Positions 34,245 to 45,168 of a stretch of 45,168 nucleotides of DNA are shown here, one piece after another. The notes below the pieces were generated by a model. That model was given only the letters and a program-made list of their open reading frames with translations, did no database searches and was not told the DNA's origin. This DNA is from Nemertoderma westbladi (taxonomy: Eukaryota > Animalia > Xenacoelomorpha). The stretch lies in assembly GCA_032718475.1 (NCBI GenBank), contig JAUCBJ010003504.1, positions 1-45,168 of the forward strand. The letters run 5' to 3'. The stretch's first letter is position 1. Each line of letters opens with the position of its first letter. The position numbers and the translations under genes were made by a program.

Positions 34245-34363
34245 CTGTCCATGAAGTTGACTAAGTTGACCAAACATAGAACAAATAAAACCAAGTATTT
34301 TCTCCATGTTGAATAGGTTCCAGAGACGTTTGGAGCTATAGGCTCATTAGCATTGTTCGACAT
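34245..34363 (-). CDS. SPNS1: Spinster/SPNS-family MFS transporter, coding exon 1 (absent from the ORF track)
   Basis: MSNNANEPIAPNVSGTYSTWRKYLVLFVLCLVNLVNFMD(R) has the Spinster NLxNxMDR motif; AG|GTAAAT donor; phase 2 joins exon 2 in frame. Confidence 0.85.
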
Positions 34364-34907
34364 CGCGGTAACAATAATTGATCACTTTATATAGGGATGA
34401 GCTTAGTAGACATCGTTGTATATCATTTGATGTAGTTTTATCACTCAATAATAATGTACTCGTTATAAAGGATTTGGAAACACAAACAAGTACGGTATTT
34501 TTGTACGACCTAATTAGGATTAATTACATTAAGTTAGTTAAGAATACCTTTTAATCAAACTTAAGCCATTTCGGTAGATATTATTAATTATAATTAGGGT
34601 TAATAAATTGATATGTTATAAAACCTCATATTTGTTTTTTAATGTTTTTCATTGTTTTAAACTGTGATGGAAGATACCATATATATAGACTCATATCATA
34701 ATAATTAATTTACTGTTTAGATAGAAACGGGATCAATTGGGATCAAACCCAAAATGTGATTAAATAAAAGTTGAAATAGTGAAATTTAGTTAGTCTAATA
34801 TTTTTGAGTGGTGAGGCTGTATACAAGGTTCTGATTAGTAGCTATAGAAAAAAAAAAGTAAACACATCGAAATGATATTTTACCACTACTGTTAACACAT
34901 CCAAAGG

Positions 34908-36092
34908 CCATGTAAACACTACTAAAACCCATGTATACACTACTAAAACCCATGTAAACACTACTAAAACCAATGTAAACACTACTAAAACCCATGTATA
35001 CACTACTAAAACCCATGTAAACACTACTAAAACCAATGTAAACACTACTAAAACCCATGTATACACTACTAAAACCCATGTAAACACTACTAAATCCCAT
35101 GTAAACACTACTAAAACCCATCTAACACTACTAAAACCAATGTAAACACTACTAAAACCCATGTATACACTACTAAAACCCATGTAAACACTACTAAAAC
35201 CAATGTAAACACTACTAAAACCCATGTAAACACTACTAAAACCAATGTAAACACTACTACAACCCATGTATACACTACTAAACCCATGTAAACACTACTA
35301 AAACCAATGTAAACACTACTAAAACCCATGTATACACTACTAAAACCCATGTAAACACTACTAAAACCAATGTAAACACTACTAAAACCCATGTAAACAC
35401 TACTAAAACCAATGTAAACACTACTACAACCCATGTATACACTACTAAACCCATGTAAACACTACTAAAACCAATGTAAACACTACTAAAACCCATGTAT
35501 ACACTACTAAAACCCATGTAAACACTACTAAATCCCATGTAAACACTACTAAAACCCATCTAACACTACTAAAACAAATGTAAACACTACTAAAACCCAT
35601 GTATACACTACTAAAACCCATGTAAACACTACTAAAACCAATGTAAACACTACTAAAACCCATGTAAACACTACTAAAACCAATGTAAACACTACTACAA
35701 CCCATGTATACACTACTAAACCCATGTAAACACTACTAAAACCCATGTAAACACTACTAAAACCCATGTAAACACTACTAATACCCATGTAAACACTACT
35801 AAAACCCATGTAAACACTACTAAAACCCATGTAAACACTACTAAAACCTATGTAAACACTACTAAAACCCATGTAAACACTACTAAAACCCATGTAAACA
35901 CTACTAAAACCCATGTAAACACTACTAAAACCCCTTGTAAACACTTCTAAAACCAATGTAAGTAAACACTACTAAAACCCATGTAAACACTACTAAAACC
36001 CATGTAAACACTACTAAAACCCCTTGTAAACACTTCTAAAACCAATGTAAGTAAACACTACTAAAACCCATGTAAACACTACTTAAACCCAT
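34908..36092. repeat. 21-bp minisatellite ATGTAAACACTACTAAAACCC, about 55 copies
   Basis: Directly visible; source of the MGFSSVY ORFs. Confidence 0.97.
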
Positions 36093-36747
36093 ATCACATC
36101 CATAACACTTGTAAAATAATACTCATAAAGGAATACTAATATTTTATTTACAAGTCGGCTTGAAATACGCCGTGAAATAAAGTAAACTTACTGATGGGCT
36201 ATGTGGTGCTATATATCACGGCGTGAAATAAATAACAGTACGAGTGTACCGTATTCTACGGTCACGCTGAGGTAGGCCTAACGGTATGTCATTGATTCTG
36301 TCGCTGCCTAAACCTGTAGGCCTTATAAATAGGTGCACACAAGCACAGTCAATAGTAACCGATTAGGCCTAAGCTGGAGTGATCACAAGGTATATGTTGG
36401 GACGATAGCAGAACCGGATTAATATATTTGGATTATTTCTTGATATTACATGATTTTTAATTGATAAACCTTCACAACGTGGAAATAAAACGACATATTC
36501 TATTTAAATAAAGGTCCTGTATTTTCACTTTCCTCTCCTTTCACATTTCACTATTTCACTTTTCATATTTGCTCGTTCCTAGAAGTACTCCCATTGAAAG
36601 CGGAGTGAAATACTGTGGAATTTTCTTTAAATCGAATATTTCGTTAAAATTGAAGTACTAAAATTAATTAATGTTAGTTAATTCATTAATTAATGTTCGA
36701 CATAATTTATCATTTTAATTATTTGCACCGTAAATTAAAATTTTTTT

Positions 36748-38082
36748 AACTGATTCCATTACTTTTTGTTAACTAATTACATTATTTTGTTAACTAATTC
36801 CATTATTTTTTGTTAACTAATTCCATTATTTTTTGTTAACTAATTCCATTATTATTTTGTTAACTAATTCCATTATCTTTTGTTAACTAATTCCATTATT
36901 TTTTGTTAACTAATTCCATTATTTTTTGTTAACTAATTCCATTATTTTTTGTTAACTAAACTAATTCCATTATTTTTTGTTAACTAATTCCATTATTATT
37001 TTGTTAACTAATTCCATTATTTTTTGTTAACTAAACTAATTCCATTATCTTTTGTTAACTAATTCCATTATTTTTTGTTAACTAATTCCATTACTTTTTG
37101 TTAACTAATTCCATTATTTTTTGTTAACTAATTCCATTATTATTTTGTTAACTAATTCCATTATTTTTTGTTAACTAATACAATTATTTTTTGTTAACTA
37201 ATTCCATTACTCCTTGTTAACTAATTCCATTATTTTTTGTTAACTAATTCCATTATCTTTTGTTAACTAATTCCATTATTTTTTTTTAACTAATTCCATT
37301 ACTTTTTGTTAACTAATTCCATTATTTTTTGTTAACTAATTCCATTATTATTTTGTTAACTAATTCCATTATTTTTTGTTAACTAATACAATTATTTTTT
37401 GTTAACTAATTCCATTACTCCTTGTTAACTAATTCCATTATTTTTTGTTAACTAATTCCATTATCTTTTGTTAACTAATTCCATTATTTTTTGTTAACTA
37501 ATTCCATTATTATTTGTTAACTAATTCCATTAATTTTTGTTAACTAATTCTATTATTTTTTGTTAACTAATTCCATTATTTTTTGTCAACTAATTCCATT
37601 ATTTATTGTTAACTAATTTTGTTAACTAATTCCATTATTTTTTGTTAACTAATACAATTATTTTTTGTTAACTAATTCCATTACTCCTTGTTAACTAATT
37701 CCATTATTTTTTGTTAACTAATTCCATTATCTTTTGTTAACTAATTCCATTATTTTTTGTTAACTAATTCCATTATTTTTTGTTAACTAATTCCATTATT
37801 TTTTTGTTCACTAATTCCATTAATTTTTGTTAACTAATTCTATTATTTTTTGTTAACTAATTCCATTATTTTTTGTTAACTAATTCCATTATTTTTTGTT
37901 AACTAATTCCATTATCTTTTGTTAACTAATTCCATTATTTTTTGTTAACTAATTCCATTATTTTTTGTTAACTAATTCCATTATTTTTTGTTAACTAATT
38001 CCATTATTTTTTTGTTCACTAATTCCATTAATTTTTGTTAACTAATACCATTATTTTTTGTTAACTAATTCCATTATTATTT
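36748..38082. repeat. 23-bp AT-rich minisatellite GTTAACTAATTCCATTATTTTTT, about 57 copies
   Basis: Directly visible. Confidence 0.97.
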
Positions 38083-39573
38083 GGAAGTGTTATGAATTAT
38101 ATCTGTTTAAGTAATTTTACATCACACTTAAACCGTAATTCTTAAAACTGCAAATATCTCGGTAAGAATTGTTTTATTGTCTTCGTCAGCTACGGTACAG
38201 TACCTAAATTGTCCATAGCGCAAGTTAGTTGTTAGTTGTAACTAATAACTAATCTCAATCTGGACCTAATAAAAACAATAATTACTAAGAGTCTGACAGT
38301 CATACACTGTAGGAAATATACAACATTCCAGAACATTAAATTATGTATAAGGAACCTTCTCCTATTTACTCGTAATATCGTGTTTAAATATCGTGTTTAA
38401 ATATCGTGTTTAAATCACAAAATTACTTCCAAACACGAAATAGGCCTATATACGAAATATATTGAAAAATCAAGCAATATAAATTCGGCACGAATATAGT
38501 TGAATAAAACTGAAAGATAAGTTTATCGCAAAAAGGGAGCCCTTTATACCACAACATTGGCACAATCAGGGTATATTATCGAATCACATTCAAGCAAAAT
38601 ATAACAAAGGGGTATGTATCCCTTGGCAACCTATGCATTGGCTATCGCTATTAAACAAGGGAAACGGGGGGACCTGAACAATCAATAACCTATTCACTTG
38701 TAACTTAAAATGGTTAATTGTTATCTAACGGCCCTGCATATAAATATTATTACTAACTAATCAGTGGGAGTTTAGGTCCCATCGGTTGAAGGTTAAGGTA
38801 ACGTGGCTCAATGGTAAGAAAAACACCGGGGACGGGTTAATCTCGATAAAATAAAATAAACTTGCGGCATTTCTTACAAATATGCTTCGTATTTGTAATC
38901 TTATGCAAATATTGATTGTTCAATTTATAGACGTTTTCACGGTATTTTATAAAATTTTACTGCAGTGTACTGACTCCAAAATCAATACAGAACTAATAGT
39001 GTCTATCTCAGCAGACATCATTATTACACAGCTTGCCATAATTCTAAGGAACAATAAATTATAACAATAATTATAAATCCTTTACACACAACAGAGTCCA
39101 ATACCCATACTGCGATGTAAAACAAGCTGGCAATCAACTAACGTAATCAGAGATATTGTATCTTCTTCAAGAGTTCTGTACCAACATATTTCCGAAATGA
39201 GCAAATCAGTATAAAAATACAAATAATAATAAACTAATTTAATACAATTCTATAATTTATAAATAATATCGTATGTTAATTATCTAAATAAATAAATGTT
39301 AAACTTTTGACTCGAACTATTGATATTATTAACTGGTTAGATGGCTAGTTATTAACTAATTAGACAAAGATCAATGTACTTTTGACATTGATTATCTTAT
39401 CCTGTTAAAATGATAATGACTCAGTTAATAATATTACGTGCTATTTATAGTTGTTATCATTATATTATAATCGTGAACATCAGAACAAGAAAGGGCGGAA
39501 TTCATATAATAAGAGAGAAGTTGACATAAAACAATGGGATGATGGAAGATTCCACAGCGCTTGATACTTATGA

Positions 39574-41566
39574 TGTTACCGGTTAATTTGAAACTCATGT
39601 GTTACCGGTTAATATCAAACTCATATGTGTTACCGGTTAATTTGAAACTCATGTGTTACCGGTTAATATCAAACTCATATGTGTTACCGGTTAATTTGAA
39701 ACTCATGTGTTACCGGTTAATATCAAACTCATATGTGTTACCGGTTAATATCAAACTCATATGTGTTACCGGTTAATTTCAAACTCATATGTGTTACCGG
39801 TTAATTTGAAACTCATGTGTTACCGGTTAATATCAAACTCATATGTGTTACCGGTTAATATCAAACTCATATGTGTTAGCGGTTAATTTCAAACTTATGT
39901 GTTACCGGTTAATATCAAACTTATAGGTGTTACCGGTTAATATCAAACTTATATGTGTTACCGGCTAATATCAAACTTATGTGTTACCGGTTAATATCAA
40001 ACTTATAGGTGTTACCGGTCAACATCAAACTCATATGTGTTACCGGCTAATATCAAACTCATATGTGTTAGCGGTTAATTTCAAACTTATGTGTTACCGG
40101 TTAATATCAAACTTATAGAAGTTACCGGTTAATATCAAACTTATAGGTGTTACCGGTCAACATCAAACTCATATGTGTTACCGGCTAATATCAAACTCAT
40201 ATGTGTTACCGGTTAATATCAAACTCATATGTGTTAGCGGTTAATTTCAAACTTATGTGTTACCGGTTAATATCAAACTTATAGGTGTTACCGGTTAATA
40301 TCAAACTTATAGGTGTTACCGGTCAACATCAAACTCATATGTGTTACCGGCTAATATCAAACTCATATGTGTTACCGGTTAATATCAAACTTATATGTGT
40401 TAGCGGTTAATTTCAAACTTATGTGTTACCGGTTAATATCAAACTTATAGGTGTTACCGGTTAATATCAAACTTATAGGTGTTACCGGTCAACATCAAAC
40501 TCATATGTGTTACCGGCTAATATCAAACTCATATGTGTTACCGGTTAATATCAAACTTATAGGTGTTACCGGTTAATATCAAACTTATAGGTGTTACCGG
40601 TTAATATCAAACTTATAGGTGTTACCGGTTAATATCAAACTTATAGGTGTTACCGGTTAATATCAAACTCATGTGTTACCGGTTAATATCAAACCCATGC
40701 GTTACCGGTTAATATCAAACTTATAGGTGTTACCGGTTAATATCAAACTTATAGGTGTTACCGGTTAATATCAAACTTATAGGTGTTACCGGTTAATATC
40801 AAACTCATACGTGTTACCGGTTAATATCAAACTCATGTGTTACCGGTTAATCTCAAACTTATAGGTTTAACCGGTTAATCTTGAATTTATACCCAAACAT
40901 ATAGGTGTTACCGGTTAATCTCAAACTTATATATGTTACCGGTTAATATCAAACTTATAGGTGTTACTGGTTAATCGTGAACTTATACCCAAACATATAG
41001 GTGTTCCGGTTAATCTCATACATATAGTTGTTACCGGTTAATCTTAAGCTTGTATGTGTTACCGGTTAATATCAAACTCATATGTGTTACCGGTTAATCT
41101 CAAACTTATAGGTTTAACCGGATAATCTTGAACTTATACCCAAACATATAGGTGTTACCGGTTAATCTCATACTTATAGTTGTTACCGGGTAATATCAAA
41201 CTCATATGTGTTACCGGTTAATATCAAACTTATATGTGTTACCGGTTAATATCAAACTCATATGTGTTACCGGTTAATATCAAACTTATATGTGTTACCG
41301 GTTAATATCAAACTCATATGTGCTATCGTTTAATTTCAAAGGTGTTCCGGATAATCTCATACTTATAGTTGTTACCGGTTAATCTCAAGCTTATGTGTTA
41401 CCGGTTAATATCAAACTCATATGTGTTACCGGTTAATCTCAAGCTTATGTGTTACCGGCTAATCTCTAATTATGAGTTAACTACCGGTTAACCTCAAACT
41501 TATAGGTGTTACCGGTAAATCTTGAACTTATACCCAAACATATAATAATGTGTTACCGGTTAATCT
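39574..41566. repeat. 26/28-bp minisatellite GTTACCGGTTAATATCAAACTCATATGT, ~2 kb, directly after the anoctamin exon donor (probably intronic)
   Basis: Directly visible; more diverged toward the exon-proximal end. Confidence 0.97.
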
Positions 41567-41601
41567 AAAACATATTATAGTTCGGGATATATAAATATTA
41601 C

Positions 41602-41739
41602 CTTTAACGCACGTCGCCTCTGGTATTCTACCTTAGCCATCTCCTCTGCTACCCAGGATGGTATGTCCGGTATAACTCGAGCTATAAGGAACTTAATAGC
41701 GAGTGCAATGTGTTCCAATGCGACAACTAGCCATATTAT
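41602..41739 (-). CDS. ANO8: Anoctamin-8 (TMEM16H)-like, late internal exon
   Basis: IIWLVVALEHIALAIKFLIARVIPDIPSWVAEEMAKVEYQRRRALK matches the ANO8 last TM and IPDIPxWVAEEMAKxEYQRR motif; TACAG acceptor, GTAATA donor, 46 codons, phase 0/0. Confidence 0.9.
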
Positions 41740-41794
41740 CTGTAGTAAAGAAATAATAATTGGATTGAATCGCCACACTACAATCTAATGTAAA

Positions 41795-41905
41795 CCCAAT
41801 GCTATACTATGACTCGCGTACCAGACCAATGCCATACTGAATCACGTACCAGACCAATGCCATACTGAATCACGTACCAGACCAATGCCATACTGACTCA
41901 AGTAC
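41795..41905. repeat. 28-bp tandem repeat ACCAGACCAATGCCATACTGAATCACGT, 3-4 copies, intronic
   Basis: Directly visible. Confidence 0.85.
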
Positions 41906-41973
41906 TGGGCGAATATAATACTAAAGGGCCTACCGTTTTACTAGAATATACTAAATCATAAAGTACAACTAAC

Positions 41974-42078
41974 CTGAACCAATGAAAGATGGGGAAGCAA
42001 TCTCTGTATGCTACCTGAGGTAGCCATTAGCGAGCAGTTAACAAGTACAGCAATAACACCCAAAGCCTCCATGCAATC
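41974..42078 (-). CDS. ANO8: Anoctamin-8-like, preceding internal exon (absent from the ORF track)
   Basis: DCMEALGVIAVLVNCSLMATSGSIQRLLPHLSLVQ matches the ANO8 MEAMGVLAIVVNC...QRLFP pattern; CACAG acceptor, GTTAGT donor, 35 codons, in frame with the next exon. Confidence 0.9.
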
Positions 42079-42331
42079 CTGTGGGGGTTAATAAAAAAAA
42101 TACACAAACATACACCATGTCCAAAAATAAAATTGTATGTAGTAATTTAGATACCTCCTGACATCAACCCCCCACCCGACTTTTTTTGGTCCATTTTTTT
42201 TATGTTTTATTCTAAACCGATTAATCACACCTAAAATGAAAACAAAACGAGTTATCAAAATGTTGTTTTTACGGATGTTTTGTATTACTCTTATATTCGT
42301 TTGTACCAAATTTCAAATAAATTGTATTAAT

Positions 42332-44518
42332 GGGTCATAAGCTTAAAAGTGGCCAATGGTTTGTCCGGAAGTTACGATATAATTTTAAATGCTTTAATTT
42401 ATTCGTATTTAATAAAGTTATATATTATTATGTAGCTAATTTATTTGCGCAGCTTACGCACTAAAAATTATCAAAATCTGTTAAGGCAGTCAAAAGATAT
42501 GCCCCATCAAAGACTGAAATATCGTGAAAATCAGTTGTCCCTTACATGACAAGACCACAAACAACTGTAAATTTTATCACTCCAAGTGGCAAATATATAG
42601 AAAACCTATATATTGTTGGGAAGCTTAGATGTTTTGCTTTCTTTTCTGATATATATCAGGCCATAATATTCATGTTGAACCATTTGAGATCGATACATAA
42701 ATTGGGCATGGATTTTTCTATTTTTGTGTCACATCTGTAACATTTACGTCTAGAATCTGAAGTAGTAACAACTGTAGGTTTTCAGTTTTGATATATTTAG
42801 AATCTACAGGGTTTCTAGTATATATAGGCCAAATATCACATACAAAGGACAAGGTCATCTCATTTGGGAAGCATTTATGTTTAACAAAGTCAATATAGAA
42901 AGCATAAACGTCCATATATGTAACGCTACAAATGTGGCCATATATTTTGATAATATTAATCTCATACAAGTATAATGGTACGTGTGGAAAGGCAATTTTA
43001 ATTTATGCCGCATCAACCCCAAGAGTTAATGTGATAACTAAACACCTATGATGTATGGCGGTGGTAAGCGTTTTTGTCAACCATCTGTAACGCGTCACCG
43101 TTACAGTGCAGTGCGTTACAGATAAGGCATGTCTCATCTGTAACGCATTATATAACCATTTATCGATGCGTTACAGACTGTAGGTTTTCAGTCATATCTA
43201 TATGACAGTCCTATCTGTAACGGAGTGTCATCCTGAAATACAATAAGGTATCACTGACAATATTTGAATGCCTATGCGATTGATACGTTATTCGTCTTCC
43301 TACTGACATCCTAACTGCTCATGGTAATGTGGTAGTGTAAGATGGGTAAATGTAAAACGCGGAACCGGATACAGGATCCGGATCGGTACCCGGATTTTGG
43401 GGTTAAAACGCGGATCCGGATTTTCATGAAATCCGGAAATGAGTGCAAAATGCGAATTCAAGATAATTTTCATTGTCAAGTGTTACTGGATCCCGTTAGG
43501 GGACTAAAACACGGATTCAGGTTTATCTCTATCCGGGAAGAGGTGATTGTGGATTCTGGGGAGTAAAGCGCAGATTCACTTCACATATGAAATTGTATGA
43601 ATCCAGAGCTTCTGGGTCCGAGGTAAATAATTTAGGAATTAATTGCAAGTATATACAATCTCCATCTTATAAATTTTATGTATTAATAAAATGTGCTTTC
43701 TGGAAAATTACGCTTTATTTCGTTTAGAATTGTAGAAGATACATTCCCTACAAACAGTGGTTTTTTAACGAACAATTTATTGTACAGACGGACCTTTGCC
43801 CAATGTTTTGTTTTTAGTTTTTCATACACCCTGAAGGCGCGTAATTTCTTACAACAATGCTTATAGCAATGGATCCGTCCATTATTGCCAGCTCTCGCTG
43901 GCAAGCTTGTATATTATACTACTACTACTTTTTTATACGACACTATTACACTCAATAAGTGGTAGTTGTGCTACTCAACCTGCGATTTCATAAACATAAC
44001 AGATTGTGATCATAATAGATCATAACAGAAGCGGCGAAACGGGATAACAAAAATCGTGTAAAACAAGATTATCGGTTACACAGAGAAATGTTAATGAAAA
44101 ACTTTTTCTATTTATTGGAAATCATGTGTATTAAGTAAATATAATTTAATGGATGCGATGGTTATGGGCAGATATCGCTATTTGTTACAGATGTTTGTCC
44201 AATAAATTACTTTATTGTCGAAGCAATAAGTTATAAATACTGCAAAATCCATAACATAATTACCGTTACAGATGGCCGTTACAGACGTTTGTCCCATAAA
44301 TGTCATCTCTGTAATGCGTTACAGTGGTAGACAAAATCGTTACAGATATGACATTAGTTTTTGCCATATAACTCCCTTTGAGCAGCGCGTCATGCTCTCC
44401 CTCTACCATCACAAGATTCGCCATGAAATTATCTTTCGTATGGTATGGCACTAATTTCCGACAACAATTTTTCGGTCAATTTGTACCCCTTTTTGGCCAC
44501 TTTTAAGCTTATTGACCC
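42332..44518. mobile_element. Non-autonomous TIR DNA transposon, Sola2-like, ~2.2 kb, in the anoctamin intron
   Basis: Left GGGTCATAAGCTTAAAAGTGGCCAA, right TTGGCCACTTTTAAGCTTATTGACCC; TAAT on both flanks (42328-42331, 44519-44522); internal CATCTGTAAC/GTTACAGATG motif clusters; no transposase. Confidence 0.7.
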
Positions 44519-45034
44519 TAATGTTACTTAAGGAAGCCTTAGTGATTTAATTTTTTTTCCATAAATTATGCTAATTAGGTCTAAATTTGGTAAAATGTTA
44601 AAATTGTTTTTTTCATTCACCTATAATTAATAGGCCTACTACATATAACTAGAAAATATTGAGCTAGTAAATAATATATTTCGAATTTTACTAGCTATTT
44701 CGTAATGGTGGTCGATTTAGTGACCACCCCTTGTCGATTTAGTGCCCACCCCCCTTACATGTCCTCAGCCCATTTCTTTGCTTTTAATCCGTTTAAGCTG
44801 AAACTTGGCAGAATTGTACTAGACAGAATTGTCTAGGCAGAACTGTCTCAGAATTGACTTGGCAGAATTGTAATAGATTATACTATATATATATTATATA
44901 TTATTATTATTAATTATAATATCAATATAATAATAATTGTTATTTCGATATAAACATTTACACACACGTCTATATTTATATTAAATATGTGACATATTAA
45001 TGAAAATCTAGGAAATAATGATAATAGTGATATT

Positions 45035-45168
45035 AGATATCTATTATATATCTATGATAATATATATATATTATATCTCTATGATAATAGATATATATTA
45101 TATCTCTATGATAATAGATATATATTATATCTCTATGATAATAGATATATATTATATCTCTATGATTA
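45035..45168. repeat. ~27-bp AT-rich tandem repeat ATATATATTATATCTCTATGATAATAG running to the window end
   Basis: 4-5 visible copies. Confidence 0.9.

Noticed and set aside
34795-35956. MGFSSVY / hydrophobic repeat ORFs
   Set aside because: 21-bp minisatellite translations with frequent 1-bp frameshifts.
39360-39401. Possible terminal anoctamin exon DKIINVKSTLIFV*
   Set aside because: Has a TTTTAACAG acceptor in phase 0 but is too short and lacks homology; needs RNA evidence.

Overview
AT-rich eukaryotic, probably invertebrate, genomic DNA with spliceosomal introns; well over half is tandem repeat or transposon. Host genes are on the minus strand: two internal exons of an anoctamin-8-like gene (41974-42078, 41602-41739) and the first two exons of a Spinster/SPNS-like MFS transporter (34245-34363, 33844-33978). 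The centrepiece is a near full-length CRE-clade-like non-LTR retrotransposon (~26.8-32.3 kb) with a Cys-rich N-terminus, RT, CCHC knuckle, restriction-like endonuclease and AATAAA + poly(A). Its RT carries an in-frame ~490-aa Pro/Gly/Ser/Val repeat between the QGDP and FADD motifs, and tandem arrays built on a CAGTACTG palindrome flank it on both sides. Also present: a ~14.9-kb 30-bp satellite with higher-order structure, at least eight other minisatellites, a solo LTR with 5-bp TSD, a foldback-like TIR element with TA TSD, a Sola2-like element with TAAT TSD, a palindromic MITE and a 5'-truncated LINE. Most long ORFs in the track are repeat artefacts. All family names come from motif recognition, not database searches.
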